64,000 nt of DNA, taken from NCBI GenBank assembly GCA_903835075.1, contig CAILLM010000004.1, positions 16,532 to 80,531 on the forward strand. The letters are read 5' to 3'. Below are positions 1-10,620 of the stretch, piece by piece. How positions within the stretch are numbered: position 1 is the first letter of the stretch; each line of letters begins with the position of its first letter. The position numbers and the translations under genes are program-made. The stretch comes from Candidatus Staskawiczbacteria bacterium (lineage in GTDB: Bacteria > Patescibacteriota > Minisyncoccia > Minisyncoccales > Staskawiczbacteraceae). Under the pieces are notes generated by a model that saw nothing but the letters and a program-made list of their open reading frames with translations, ran no database searches and had not been told where the DNA came from.

Positions 1-1166
1 TTACAGAAATATTATTTTTTATAGTTAGTAAATTTTTTATTATTTTTTTACCTGAAGGGGGAAATATAATAAGCGAAAATTTAATATTTTTTGCTTTGGC
101 CATTTTTATAAGTTCTCTGGCAAGTTATATGTTAGCTCATTATACGTCCTCTAGAATGGCGGGCATTTATGCAAAGTTCCAAATGGCCCGAACTGTTATG
201 TATTGTTTTTTAGCAGGATTATTTGTGTATCTAGGAGCGGGAATAATGGGTGTATTCTATTCTTTTATAATTTCATATTTAATAGTTACTATTGTTTTCA
301 TTGTGAAAGAGAAAGATATCATTTCTCATAATTATTTTCATAAAGATATTGCTAAAGACCTTTTTCTTTATGGCGCCCCCTTAATGTTTTATGGAATTTT
401 GGGCGTAATGGTCACATATTTCAGCCGATTACTTATGGGTATATATGGAGATTTGCTAACACTAGGCGTTTATAGCTTTTTTTTCACTTTAAATTTGCAA
501 ATTAATGGGCTGTGGAGTAGTTTTAATCGGGCGTGGGGGCCGGAGGTGTTTTTCGTATTTTCTGAGGATAAAAATAGAGCCATGAAGAACATGGAAATGA
601 TGGCTTTCTTCATAAGCTTTCTATATTTAATTGGGATAATAATATTAATGATATTTGGTGAATTATTTTTATTCAAAATTATACTGAAAGATGTATATTT
701 TATAAATCGTGAGCTTTTTTATATTTTATTAATTCAGCCACTATTTACAGGTATTTATACAGCATATTATCCGGCCTATTATTATCCCAAAAAAACAAAT
801 GTTGTTTTATATGTTTCTATATTTGTCTCATTTGTAGATATTGTGGTGACAATATTTTTGGTCAAATTTTTCGGTTCACTGGGCGCTTCAATTTCTTATC
901 TATTTATTACAATCTTCACGCTTTTTGTTTATCTTTTTGTGTTTAAAAAAATAATGAATATCCCCCAGAAAAATATAGATAAATTATTAATTATTTCATT
1001 TTTGATTGTATTAAGTACGGCAGTATTAATTATTACATCTTCTTATTGGTTATTCATAATCTTGCTTATTATAGATGCAATTTTTATTTTTATAATTGGA
1101 AAGTTACATGAAAAAATATATTTAGTTGTAAATTTTTTAAATGTAGTTAAAAAAAAATTATTATAA
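1..1166 (+). CDS. Polysaccharide/O-unit flippase-like membrane protein (Wzx/MOP superfamily), 5' partial
   Basis: The frame of listed ORF 96..1166 stays open back to the window edge (from pos 3), so the TTG start in the track is probably an artefact. The product is hydrophobic throughout, with many TM helices and short loops. It is the first gene of the glycan cluster. Confidence 0.55.
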   Translation, partial: TEILFFIVSKFFIIFLPEGGNIISENLIFFALAIFISSLASYMLAHYTSSRMAGIYAKFQMARTVMYCFLAGLFVYLGAGIMGVFYSFIISYLIVTIVFIVKEKDIISHNYFHKDIAKDLFLYGAPLMFYGILGVMVTYFSRLLMGIYGDLLTLGVYSFFFTLNLQINGLWSSFNRAWGPEVFFVFSEDKNRAMKNMEMMAFFISFLYLIGIIILMIFGELFLFKIILKDVYFINRELFYILLIQPLFTGIYTAYYPAYYYPKKTNVVLYVSIFVSFVDIVVTIFLVKFFGSLGASISYLFITIFTLFVYLFVFKKIMNIPQKNIDKLLIISFLIVLSTAVLIITSSYWLFIILLIIDAIFIFIIGKLHEKIYLVVNFLNVVKKKLL

Positions 1167-1173
1167 AAATATT

Positions 1174-2490
1174 GTGAAAATATTATTTTATACAAGTGCA
1201 CCACGGGCGTTCAAAAGTTCATTAATAGGGAATTTATACGAAATTTCTCAGGTTTTTTCGGTCGTTTTAGTTTCAGAAAAGCTTGATTCAAATACGGAAA
1301 AATTTTTAAATAATAAAAATTTATTTCCTAAACTAGAAGAAATTATACCGATTAATCAGTATTTAAAAAAATCGAAAAGTATTTTTTTGAATCTATTATT
1401 AACAAACAGGGAACTTTGCCATTCAGCTAAAAGTATTATAAAAAAATATAAACCAGAGATTGTTATTGTTGAAAATGATTTAACAATTTTCGAAATGTAT
1501 CTTTTGAGGTCCGCTAAAAAAGTAAATGCTAAAACATTTTGTTTTCAGAGCGGTATAAGATTTGAGACTAATAAACTGGCAAGTTGGGTATATTTAATGG
1601 GGGCTAAAAATAATTTTCCCAACTTCATTCCGGGTTTTTTAAGAATATTTTTAGAAAAAATAAGAAGAAGAATTTCCCATTTTTTTTATTATTGGATATT
1701 GCCTATGATGGTTTTTCAGAAACCTTTTTTAGGTAAATCTAGTGTGTTTTTGTGGAAGTGGGTTTCTGGTTTAAGAGATGCAGACTATTCTATTGTTTTT
1801 TCTCAAAGAGATCGTGATATTAGTATTGAAAGTGGGGTGCCAGCCAAGAAAATATATATTTTAGGTCATCCCATAAATGGCGTAGAAGCAAAAAAGTTTT
1901 TTAAGGTTTTCTATCCTCAAATAAATTTAAAAAAACATAAAAAAAACAAAATAGTTCTTATCGCCCTGCCTAACAAAACTTCAGCGGTGAAAGATGATTT
2001 AAGCGTTATATCTGCAGACCTTGTTAGAGAAGGTGAAATAAATATAATAAAAAAAATAGTTGAAGAATTAGCAGGGTGGGAAATATACGTAAAACCTCAT
2101 CCGGCAATTTCTGATTTAGAATATGTTACAGGGAGAATTAATGAACTCTCTAGAAAAATTAATATATTAGATCACGATGATGTCTTTGATAGATATATCG
2201 GCGAAGCAGATTTAATTATTGGTCTCTCGCCAAGTACTGTGCTTTATGCAGCATCTTTGCAGTTCCCTGAAAAACCAATTTTATCTTTAAATTTTGATAA
2301 AGATTTTAGGGGGAAATTATATAAAGATTTTGAGAGTATAGAGTATATTGAAACAGAAGAAGAATTGATTAAATTTATTGGCCTAATCAAAAATGGCACT
2401 TATCAGAAGATGAAAGTAAATAATAATTTATCCGATACTAAAGATATTTTGGGTTCAGCCGAATTATTAATAAATATTTTAAATAAATAA
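1174..2490 (+). CDS. Uncharacterised glycan-cluster protein, possibly a GT-B-fold glycosyl/glycerophospho-transferase
   Basis: 438 aa ORF with a GTG start 8 nt after the flippase stop. The C-terminal half has a Rossmann-like pattern (KIVLIALPNK ... YVKPHP ... ADLIIGLSPSTVLYAA). I recognise no definitive motif. Confidence 0.3.
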   Translation: MKILFYTSAPRAFKSSLIGNLYEISQVFSVVLVSEKLDSNTEKFLNNKNLFPKLEEIIPINQYLKKSKSIFLNLLLTNRELCHSAKSIIKKYKPEIVIVENDLTIFEMYLLRSAKKVNAKTFCFQSGIRFETNKLASWVYLMGAKNNFPNFIPGFLRIFLEKIRRRISHFFYYWILPMMVFQKPFLGKSSVFLWKWVSGLRDADYSIVFSQRDRDISIESGVPAKKIYILGHPINGVEAKKFFKVFYPQINLKKHKKNKIVLIALPNKTSAVKDDLSVISADLVREGEINIIKKIVEELAGWEIYVKPHPAISDLEYVTGRINELSRKINILDHDDVFDRYIGEADLIIGLSPSTVLYAASLQFPEKPILSLNFDKDFRGKLYKDFESIEYIETEEELIKFIGLIKNGTYQKMKVNNNLSDTKDILGSAELLINILNK

Positions 2491-2494
2491 AAAT

Positions 2495-3529
2495 ATGGAT
2501 ATAGCAATTGCGGTTAGAATAGGTAGCACAAAAACAACTCTTCATTCAATTAAAAAAATGGTAGAATCAATTGAAAAAAATATAGGAGATTGCTCTTATC
2601 GTTTTATTTTGTCTATAGATCCAAAGATTAGTTTTGATATTAAAGAATATATAAAAAATAAAAAAAATAATCATCCAGAAAGATTTGAACTTTTACCTGA
2701 AGAAACTATTTATTGGGCGGAATTTATTAATAAGGCTATAGAAAAAGCAGAGGGATTTTCTTATTTTATAAAGGCTCACGATGATATTGTTTTACAAACA
2801 GAAGATTTTTTTCCGAAAGTAAAAAATATTTTGGATTCACTTCATGGAAAAATTGCATGGGTTAGTTTTAATGAAACGTCATATTTAGATGGTCATTGGA
2901 ATCCCTCAACTCGTTCCGGATATCATAGAGACTATTTAGAACATGATGCTTGGAATAAGAGAAAAATGTTTCAATTTCATAATTTGCCAGAAAATTGGTG
3001 GGTATCAAATTTTATTAGTCGATTACTTTATATATTTCAAATCAAGGTTATTTCTAAAATTTTTAAGAAGCTAGTTATCTTTAAATATCCAATCAAAAAA
3101 ATGGATGAAAAAAATATAAAGCTTCTTGACTTTCCTTCTGGGCCCGTAAGGTGTCACGCTCCGTGGAATACTTTTGTGCTTATAAAAATGTCTGTGCTTA
3201 AAGAATTAGGTCTATGTGAAAATTGGCAAACGTATAATGCACTTTTTGTTGACGAAGATTGGGGGCTAAGAGCCCTAGAAAAAAAATATTGGAATATCTG
3301 GATTCCAGAAATAGAATATTTGCATTTGAAGCCATTGATAGGGGGGGATAGATCACAGTTTCAGATAAAAAATGATTCAAAGAGGGTTGGGAGGCTTTTC
3401 GAAAAAAAATGGGGTTTTTCACCTAAGCCAAATGATAATCAACTAGAATTAATAAGAATAAAGCATTATAATGATTATATTCCTTGGAGTATAGGAAGAG
3501 ATTCTTTTGATTGGGATTATGCAAAATAA
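2495..3529 (+). CDS. Putative GT-A-fold glycosyltransferase
   Basis: 344 aa ORF with acidic DxD-like motifs (AHDDIVL, FVDEDWG). It is tightly packed within the glycan cluster. Confidence 0.35.
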   Translation: MDIAIAVRIGSTKTTLHSIKKMVESIEKNIGDCSYRFILSIDPKISFDIKEYIKNKKNNHPERFELLPEETIYWAEFINKAIEKAEGFSYFIKAHDDIVLQTEDFFPKVKNILDSLHGKIAWVSFNETSYLDGHWNPSTRSGYHRDYLEHDAWNKRKMFQFHNLPENWWVSNFISRLLYIFQIKVISKIFKKLVIFKYPIKKMDEKNIKLLDFPSGPVRCHAPWNTFVLIKMSVLKELGLCENWQTYNALFVDEDWGLRALEKKYWNIWIPEIEYLHLKPLIGGDRSQFQIKNDSKRVGRLFEKKWGFSPKPNDNQLELIRIKHYNDYIPWSIGRDSFDWDYAK

Positions 3530-3555
3530 TAAATTTAATATTAATTTTAAGTAAT

Positions 3556-4512
3556 ATGGCAAAAGTTTTAATTACAGGCAATAAGGGGGTTTTAGGATCT
3601 TACCTTACAAAAATGTTGTTAGATAGGGGGCATGATGTATTTGGTTTGGACTTAAGTCATGCCGAGGGGGAAATTGGCTGGGAGCATGAAATGTCTAAAG
3701 CGAAGTTTGCCTACTCAAGGTGTGATATTTCTGATTTTAGACAGCTTGAAAGAATATTTGAAAATGCTGGTCCGTTTGATTTTGTTTATAACGCAGCGGC
3801 TGAATTTGGCCGTTGGAATGGAGAGGATTTTTATGAGCAAGTATGGAAATCAAATGCAATTGGAACTAAAAATATGATTAGGCTGCAGGAAAAATATGGA
3901 TTTAAAATGATACATTTTTCTTCATCTGAAGTTTATGGAGATTTTGATGATGTAATGAAAGAAGATGTTATGGAAAATATTGAAGTTAAGCAAATGAATG
4001 ATTATGCAATGTCAAAGTGGGTAAATGAAATGCAGATTAAAAATTCTGAAATAAAAAATAAAACTAAGACAGTTATAATAAGAATTTTTAATACTTATGG
4101 CCCAGGTGAGTGGTATCATCCGTATCGTAGTGTAAATTGTAAGCTTTGTTATCATGCCTTAAAAGGGTTACCTGTTGTTGTATATAAGAATTATTTTAGA
4201 ACGTCTACATATCTAGAAGACAGTTGTCGTACAATTTGTAATATCATGGATAATTTTAAAGCTGGTGAAATTTATAATATAGGGGGTTTAGAATATCATA
4301 GTATTGAAAAATTGGTTGATATAATTTGGGATTATACTAAAGCAGATAAATCGTTGATATATTATGAAGATTCAGAAATACTAACAACGAGATCAAAAAA
4401 AGTAGATATTGATAAAGCTGTAAAAGATTTAGATCATAAATTAACAGTTAAGTTGGAAGATGGGGTTAAAAAAACAATTGATTGGATGAAAAAATATTAT
4501 GACATTAAATAA
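3556..4512 (+). CDS. NAD-dependent sugar epimerase/dehydratase (extended SDR)
   Basis: N-terminal Rossmann motif VLITGNKGVLGSYL and catalytic YxxxK (YAMSK). I moved the start to ATG 3556 (MAKVLITG), because the track start at 3511 overlaps the upstream gene. Confidence 0.8.
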   Translation: MAKVLITGNKGVLGSYLTKMLLDRGHDVFGLDLSHAEGEIGWEHEMSKAKFAYSRCDISDFRQLERIFENAGPFDFVYNAAAEFGRWNGEDFYEQVWKSNAIGTKNMIRLQEKYGFKMIHFSSSEVYGDFDDVMKEDVMENIEVKQMNDYAMSKWVNEMQIKNSEIKNKTKTVIIRIFNTYGPGEWYHPYRSVNCKLCYHALKGLPVVVYKNYFRTSTYLEDSCRTICNIMDNFKAGEIYNIGGLEYHSIEKLVDIIWDYTKADKSLIYYEDSEILTTRSKKVDIDKAVKDLDHKLTVKLEDGVKKTIDWMKKYYDIK

Positions 4513-5608
4513 AGTTAGGATAGCTGTAATACTTGGAGCTAGGCCAAATTTTGTTAAAGCCGCAGCATTTTTTAAGGAGGCTAAAAGTCATCCTACTTTT
4601 GATTTTTTTATTATTCATACAGGGCAACACTTTGATAAAGAAATGTCTGAGATTTTCTTTAATGAAATGGGTATTCCAAAGCCAGATATAAATTTAGAGC
4701 CTAAAGAAGGACTGCACACAGAAAAAATTGGTAAGATTTTTAGTGAACTAAGAGAATTATTTGCGAAAGAAAAATTTGATGCTGTTATTGTTTTTGGAGA
4801 TGTTAATTCAACTTTAGCTGGTGGAATTGCATCAGTTAAAAATGGGACAACTTTAATTCATATTGAGTCTGGATTAAGAAGCCACGACAGAAGAATGCCA
4901 GAAGAAATAAATAGAGTTATAGTGGACCATTTATCAGATTTACTTTTTACTACAGAGCCATCTGCAAATGAAAATCTTTTAAAGGAAGGTATTAGTAATG
5001 AAAAAATTAAATATGTAGGTAATATATTAACCGAAAATATTGATATTTTTTGGGAAAAGATTAATTTATCTACTATTTTAAAAAAAATAAACATCGAAAG
5101 AAAAAAATTTATCCTTGCTACTTTTCATAGGCAAGAAAATATAGACAGTGTAGATAAAATAAAAGGAATCATAGATATTTTAAATGAAATAAATAAAAAT
5201 ATCATGGTTGTTTTGCCTCTTCACCCTGGAACAAAAAAGAAATTAATAGAATATGGGTTGGGTGATTCTTTAAATAACCTAAAGATAATTGAACCTTTGG
5301 GCTATTTTGATTTTTTAATGCTCATAAGTGAGAGTAGGGGGGTTATTACCGATTCCGGTGGCATTCAAGAGGAAACCAGTTATCTTGGAATTCCATGTGC
5401 AACAATCAGGGATAACACGGAGCGCCCCATTACGGTTGAGAAGGGATCTAATAGGCTTTTTCCGATTAATCTAAATGAAGTATCTGAGATAATAAAACAT
5501 TTAAATTCAACTGATTTTAAGCCAAGAAATATTCCTTTATGGGATAAAGATGTTACTAAGAGAATTTTTGAGGAATTGAATAAATTTTTTATTAATTATG
5601 GTAAATAA
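4499..5608 (+). CDS. wecB: UDP-N-acetylglucosamine 2-epimerase (non-hydrolysing)
   Basis: Characteristic blocks: ILGARPNFVKAAAFF, HTGQHFDKEMS, VFGDVNSTLAG, DHLSDLLFTTE, TDSGGIQEE. The start overlaps the upstream gene by 14 nt. Confidence 0.85.
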   Translation: MTLNKVRIAVILGARPNFVKAAAFFKEAKSHPTFDFFIIHTGQHFDKEMSEIFFNEMGIPKPDINLEPKEGLHTEKIGKIFSELRELFAKEKFDAVIVFGDVNSTLAGGIASVKNGTTLIHIESGLRSHDRRMPEEINRVIVDHLSDLLFTTEPSANENLLKEGISNEKIKYVGNILTENIDIFWEKINLSTILKKINIERKKFILATFHRQENIDSVDKIKGIIDILNEINKNIMVVLPLHPGTKKKLIEYGLGDSLNNLKIIEPLGYFDFLMLISESRGVITDSGGIQEETSYLGIPCATIRDNTERPITVEKGSNRLFPINLNEVSEIIKHLNSTDFKPRNIPLWDKDVTKRIFEELNKFFINYGK

Positions 5609-6317
5609 TTTAAAGCCAGATTTAACCTATTACGATAACTACAAAGAAGTTTATCAAAGACCTGAAGGATATTTTGATTTTCTTGCTAATGAAATTATAG
5701 GTGTATTTGGAAATAAGAATTTGACTATATTAGACATTGGTTGTGGGTTCGGCGACTTTTTGAAGTCTTTTGAGAAAAATTTAAAAGAAAGGGGACAATA
5801 TTACGGTTTAACAATAGCTAAGCACGAATATGACTATGTGTATGAAAAGTTAAAATTTATCGAAATTAAACTAGGAAAACAACAAGATATTATATCAATG
5901 TATCCCAACAAGAGATTTGATATAATAATTAGTTTTCATACACTATCATATATTCCTCAAAATCTTCAAGAACAAGTTGTAAATTCAATGAGTAACCTGT
6001 TAAATAAAAATGGAATTATAGTACTAGGATTGATTGATGATTGGATAAAATTTAGTAATAAGGTAAGCCAGTGTGGCAATGGGTGCGTGCAATTTTACTA
6101 TTCGCCATTGATTTTCAAAGAATTAAATTATTGCAACTTATTGTCTTCTCCTAAAAGTGATAAAAATTATCGTATTCAAATTTGGGGAAAAGATGAGAGA
6201 TATAAAGACAATATTTATTTAATTTTATTTTATACAATAAGAAACAATATATTTTTTGTACCATTACTCACAAAAATTATGAGAAGAATTTTTAGATTAT
6301 TAAAAGTAAAAAAATAA
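5598..6317 (+). CDS. Class I SAM-dependent methyltransferase
   Basis: SAM-binding motif I, ILDIGCGFGDF, followed by FDIIISFHTLSYI (motif II/III region). Confidence 0.75.
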   Translation: MVNNLKPDLTYYDNYKEVYQRPEGYFDFLANEIIGVFGNKNLTILDIGCGFGDFLKSFEKNLKERGQYYGLTIAKHEYDYVYEKLKFIEIKLGKQQDIISMYPNKRFDIIISFHTLSYIPQNLQEQVVNSMSNLLNKNGIIVLGLIDDWIKFSNKVSQCGNGCVQFYYSPLIFKELNYCNLLSSPKSDKNYRIQIWGKDERYKDNIYLILFYTIRNNIFFVPLLTKIMRRIFRLLKVKK

Positions 6318-6321
6318 TTAT

Positions 6322-7236
6322 ATGCAATGGGAATACAATAAAGAAGATTTTGTTGTTGACGGTGATGCTCTTTTTGGTGAGGGGGCAAGAACTGAAGACA
6401 GTAAAATAACTAAGTCGGGGGATAATTATTATATGGCAGTTTCTAGCGGGATAGATGGAAATCATATGGATATCTATTTGCTAAAATCAAAATCTTTGCA
6501 TGGGCCATGGGAAAAGGTTCAAGATAAACCAATAATTTCGAGGGGTAATTTTTATGATTTTGATTTTAGGTATTTAAGGCTGGGAGGTATCAATTTCGAC
6601 AATGGAACTTGGTTTATATATTATTCTGGCCAGAATCTCCTTAGGCAAGATTCCGTAGGATTAGCTATTACATCAGCTAAAGATTTTCCATTTGGATGGA
6701 AGAAGTATAATAAAAATCCAATTTTAGAAAAGAATGGTGATAGCTGGGAATCGACATCAATATTGACCCTGTCTGTTAAAAAAATAGGGTCAGTTGGTAA
6801 GGAATGGTATGGCCACTATACTGGAAAGGGTAAAGATAAAAAATATCATTTAGGCGCTTGTTATAGCAACAGTCCCTATGGACCATTCTTTAGATGTGAA
6901 AATAATCCAATTTTAGGTCGTGGAGATTGGGATTTTAATGGACCTGCGCGGGCAGATATAATAAAATTTGAAGATAAAATATATGGAGCCTACGAGAGCG
7001 CTAAGTCTGGGCCAGTTTTTCAAATAGGCGGATACTCGGGGGATACTACAGGCGGCCCTTTTGAAAAAATATTTTCCGATTTACCATTTTTATCCGGCCT
7101 AGACAAGGGGTTGCAGTTTGCTAATCCTTGTTTTTGGCAAGAGGATGGGAAATTATATTTATTTGTGGGAAGAAAGATAACCTCTAATCAAACTCCTTGT
7201 TGGCGATATATTGATTTTTTAACTTTAAAATATTAA
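6322..7236 (+). CDS. Beta-propeller glycosidase/phosphorylase-like protein (GH43/GH130-like), uncertain
   Basis: 304 aa soluble protein with repeated W/G/Y-rich beta-strand blocks (WFIYYSG, WYGHYTG, LYLFVGR). No signal peptide. The assignment rests on general resemblance only. Confidence 0.3.
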   Translation: MQWEYNKEDFVVDGDALFGEGARTEDSKITKSGDNYYMAVSSGIDGNHMDIYLLKSKSLHGPWEKVQDKPIISRGNFYDFDFRYLRLGGINFDNGTWFIYYSGQNLLRQDSVGLAITSAKDFPFGWKKYNKNPILEKNGDSWESTSILTLSVKKIGSVGKEWYGHYTGKGKDKKYHLGACYSNSPYGPFFRCENNPILGRGDWDFNGPARADIIKFEDKIYGAYESAKSGPVFQIGGYSGDTTGGPFEKIFSDLPFLSGLDKGLQFANPCFWQEDGKLYLFVGRKITSNQTPCWRYIDFLTLKY

Positions 7237-7238
7237 TT

Positions 7239-8162
7239 ATGGATTTAACAGATAAAAAAATACTTGTTACTGGCGGAGCCGGTTTTATCGGCAGTTATAC
7301 GGTTAACGCCCTAATCGAAAGGGGTGCAAGAGTTGTTGTGGTTGATAATTTGTCTACCGGTCGAAGAGAAAATATAAATCCTAGCGCTACATTTTATGAT
7401 ATGAATATTGCAGATAACAATATTAGAAATGTCTTTGATAACGAACGGCCAGAAATAGTTTATCATTTTGCTTTCAATGTATTGGTGCCAAATTCAGTTA
7501 AAGACCCTTTAATAGATATGGACAGCATAGCTGGTTCTATTAATATTCTAAAAAATTCAAAGGATCTCGGCGTTAAAAAGTTTATTTTTGCTTCTTCTGG
7601 TTTTGTGTATGGCAACACATTAAATTTACCAACTAAAGAAGATGAGCCCATAGATCCAGTTTCTCCGTATGTAGTTGCAAAAAACACCGTAGAAAACTAC
7701 GTCAAATTTTTTTATAAAGCCTATAAGTTAAATTATGTTATTTTAAGATACGCAACTGTCTATGGTGCTGGCCAGACTATGGGTGCTATGTCTGATTATA
7801 TAAGAAAATTATCAATGGGAGATCAGGCTGAAATTTGGGGAGATGGCAGTAAGACTAGAGATTATTTGTATATAGACGATGTGGTGAGCGCTAATTTAAA
7901 AATATTAGACCTCGAAGAAAGTCTGATTAATTCAATTTATAATGTTGGAACAGGTAAAGAAACTACTTTAAATGAATTATATTTTAAAATTGCAGATTGT
8001 ATTGGTAAGGATGCGATGCCCAAATATAGAGAAGATAGAGAGGGAGAGCTGATGAGATTTTGTTTGGATTGTTCAAAAATAAAAAAAGTTCTAAATTGGG
8101 AGCCTGAATATGATTTAAACAAAGGACTTAGGGGTCGTTTAAATATAGAAGGATTAATATGA
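7239..8162 (+). CDS. NAD-dependent epimerase (UDP-glucose 4-epimerase-like SDR)
   Basis: ILVTGGAGFIGS Rossmann motif, catalytic SPYVVAK (YxxxK), and the typical RYATVYG block. Confidence 0.8.
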   Translation: MDLTDKKILVTGGAGFIGSYTVNALIERGARVVVVDNLSTGRRENINPSATFYDMNIADNNIRNVFDNERPEIVYHFAFNVLVPNSVKDPLIDMDSIAGSINILKNSKDLGVKKFIFASSGFVYGNTLNLPTKEDEPIDPVSPYVVAKNTVENYVKFFYKAYKLNYVILRYATVYGAGQTMGAMSDYIRKLSMGDQAEIWGDGSKTRDYLYIDDVVSANLKILDLEESLINSIYNVGTGKETTLNELYFKIADCIGKDAMPKYREDREGELMRFCLDCSKIKKVLNWEPEYDLNKGLRGRLNIEGLI

Positions 8163-9013
8163 TCACACTTTTTTCAACACCAAGACCATTTAGGGGGCCT
8201 TTTGATATAATTCAGAGAAACGCTATAAAAAGCTGGATAAATACTTGTCCTGATTGCAATATTATTTTATTTGAGGATGAAGAAAGAACAACCTCAGCAG
8301 TTGCCCAAGAATTAGGTATAGAATGCGTGACAGATGCAAATTGCGATGAATTTGGCACGCCCCTATTTGACGATGTTGTAAAAAAAACACTAAAATTATC
8401 AAATTCTAAAATTATTATCCAAATAAATACAGATATCATTTTAACAGATAGTTTTTTAGGTGCAATTAATAAAGTTTTGGATATTATGAAAGGTAAGCCA
8501 TTTTTTATGTCCGGTAGGAGGTGGGATTTAGACGTAGTGGACCAGCTTGATTTTAATGACAATTGGCAGGAAAAAATTATTGAAAAAGCACATAGTGAGG
8601 GTAAGTTGCATGCTTTATCGGGTATGGATTATTGGGTTTTACCGGCTAATATTCCATTTATAATCCCGTCTTTTATTGTTGGCAGGCCGGGAATGGATAG
8701 TTGGTTAGTTTATAAATCAAGATCACTAAAAATTCCAGTTATAGATTCTACGGCGGTAGTAGACATTATACATCAAAACCACAATTATCCTCAAAAGAAA
8801 AAATATTTTTTTGAGATTGAAAAAAAGAGAAACGTTGAACTATCTGGAGGAATTATGAATATGTTTACCTTGCGTGAAGCTAGCCTAGTCTTAACAGAAA
8901 AGGGATTAGAAAATCCTAAATTTCCAAGAATAATTTTTTCAAAGTTAGCTCTTTTTTATCCTTGGAGATTCCTTTTATTAATTAAGAGAAAAATAAGATA
9001 TTTAATAGGATAA
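8159..9013 (+). CDS. Hypothetical glycan-cluster protein (possible glycosyltransferase)
   Basis: 284 aa ORF with an ATGA overlap to the upstream gene. The only basis is its position in the cluster plus an acidic INTDIILTD block. Confidence 0.25.
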   Translation: MITLFSTPRPFRGPFDIIQRNAIKSWINTCPDCNIILFEDEERTTSAVAQELGIECVTDANCDEFGTPLFDDVVKKTLKLSNSKIIIQINTDIILTDSFLGAINKVLDIMKGKPFFMSGRRWDLDVVDQLDFNDNWQEKIIEKAHSEGKLHALSGMDYWVLPANIPFIIPSFIVGRPGMDSWLVYKSRSLKIPVIDSTAVVDIIHQNHNYPQKKKYFFEIEKKRNVELSGGIMNMFTLREASLVLTEKGLENPKFPRIIFSKLALFYPWRFLLLIKRKIRYLIG

Positions 9014-9021
9014 ATATATAT

Positions 9022-10017
9022 ATGTTTAAATTGTTGCCAGTATCAATAATTATTCCTTGTAGAAACGAAAAACATTTTATTGCAAAATGTTTAGAATCTG
9101 TCTTGGAAAATGACTATCCTAAAGAATATTTGGAGATTTTTGTTGTAGACGGAATGAGCCAAGATAAGACAAAGGAAATTGTTGCAGAATATATCAGAAA
9201 ATACCCATTTATAAAATTATTAGATAATCCAAAGTTTATTGCTGCTACTGCTTTGAATATTGGGATTAAAGAAGCTAGAGGAGATTTAATTATAAGGCTT
9301 GATGCCCATACAACTTATGACAAAAGTTATATATCAAAGTGCGTAAGTTATTCACAAAATTATGATGCTGAAAATGTTGGTGGGGTAATATCAATAATTT
9401 CAAGAGACGATAAAATGATGGGTAGAGGCATTGCAAAGGCAATGTCATCATTTTTGGGAGCCGGAGGGGCAAAATACAAAGGTGTTTCTGAAAAATTCGA
9501 AGAAGTTGATACGGTGCCATTTGGGTGTTTTAAAAAAGAAGTATTTGATAAGGTGGGACTTTTTAATGAAAATCTTCAAAGAAGTCAGGACATGGAATTT
9601 AATGTAAGAATAAAAAAAGCAGGCGGGAAAATTTATTTGTTTCCAGACATAGTTAGTTATTATTATGTCAGGTCAGATTTAAAGAGTTTCCTTAAGCATA
9701 ATTTCATAGATGGGGTTTGGGCTATTTATCCCTTTAAGTTTACAAAGATATTATTTAAATTGAGGCACTATTTACCACTTATATTTGTTTCTGGCTTATT
9801 GGGTTTATTGTTGCTTGGAATATTTTTTAGTCCTTTTATGTATGTTTTTCTGGTATTTTTAATTGCATATGCGTTTGTTATTATTTATTCAGCAGTAAAC
9901 GTGTCTTTAACTGAGAAAAATATTCTTTACATGTTCTATTTACCGATTGCATTAGTTGTAAGACACCTTTCTTATGGTTTTGGGTCTATTTTTGGTATAA
10001 TAAAATTGTTTTTATAA
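9022..10017 (+). CDS. Family 2 glycosyltransferase with C-terminal TM helices
   Basis: VSIIIPCRNEKHFIAKCLESVL, VVDGMSQDKT and RLDAHT motifs typical of GT2. The C-terminal part is hydrophobic. Confidence 0.8.
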   Translation: MFKLLPVSIIIPCRNEKHFIAKCLESVLENDYPKEYLEIFVVDGMSQDKTKEIVAEYIRKYPFIKLLDNPKFIAATALNIGIKEARGDLIIRLDAHTTYDKSYISKCVSYSQNYDAENVGGVISIISRDDKMMGRGIAKAMSSFLGAGGAKYKGVSEKFEEVDTVPFGCFKKEVFDKVGLFNENLQRSQDMEFNVRIKKAGGKIYLFPDIVSYYYVRSDLKSFLKHNFIDGVWAIYPFKFTKILFKLRHYLPLIFVSGLLGLLLLGIFFSPFMYVFLVFLIAYAFVIIYSAVNVSLTEKNILYMFYLPIALVVRHLSYGFGSIFGIIKLFL

Positions 10018-10026
10018 AAAATAGTT

Positions 10027-10620
10027 ATGATAAAAAGATTATTTGATATAATTTCTTCAGCAATTGGGTTGATTATTACATCTCCCTTATTTTTGTATGT
10101 AGTTTTTTTAATAAAAAAAGAATCACCTGGCCCAATTTTTTATAAGGCCCAAAGAATTGGTAAAAATGGCAAACCTTTTACTATGTATAAATTTAGGACA
10201 ATGGTTGTTGATGCTGATAAAATAGGAGGCCCTTCTACGGCGGCGGACGACCCTAGGCTCACAAAAATTGGTTTATTTTTAAAGAAATACCAGTTAGATG
10301 AATTGCCTCAGCTTATAAATGTTTTAAGGGGTGATATGAGCGTAGTAGGCCCAAGGCCCGAGGTAAAAGTTTATGTTGATATGATGACAGACCTAGAAAA
10401 AAGTGTTATTCTTTCAGTGCATCCAGGCATCACAGATTTGGCGTCTTTATGGAACTTTCATGAGGCGGAATTATTAAAAGGGAGTGCTGACCCAGAAAAA
10501 ACATACATGGAAGAAATTAGGCCAGAAAAGTTAAGGCTTCAGCAAGCATATGTTAAAAAAGCTTCTTTCTTTTTTGACATAAAGATTATTTTCCAGACAA
10601 TATCTAAATTATTTAAATAA
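10027..10620 (+). CDS. Undecaprenyl-phosphate sugar phosphotransferase (small PglC/WbaP-C-type 'bacterial sugar transferase')
   Basis: KRLFDIISSAIGLIITSPLF re-entrant helix, YKFRTM, DELPQLINVLRGDMSVVGPRP. Confidence 0.85.
   Translation: MIKRLFDIISSAIGLIITSPLFLYVVFLIKKESPGPIFYKAQRIGKNGKPFTMYKFRTMVVDADKIGGPSTAADDPRLTKIGLFLKKYQLDELPQLINVLRGDMSVVGPRPEVKVYVDMMTDLEKSVILSVHPGITDLASLWNFHEAELLKGSADPEKTYMEEIRPEKLRLQQAYVKKASFFFDIKIIFQTISKLFK

Noticed and set aside
3511-3555. Upstream extension of the epimerase ORF (track start 3511)
   Set aside because: It overlaps the preceding gene and adds a non-homologous hydrophobic peptide. ATG 3556 gives the canonical MAKVLITG Rossmann N-terminus.
8212-8562. 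116-aa minus-strand ORF
   Set aside because: It is antisense to the 8159-9013 cluster gene, with no support of its own. The same reasoning applies to the other short minus-strand ORFs listed within + strand genes (for example 470, 3198, 4858, 7463, 12002, 14194, 17058, 23410, 33551, 34675, 38047, 41958, 53872, 60727).
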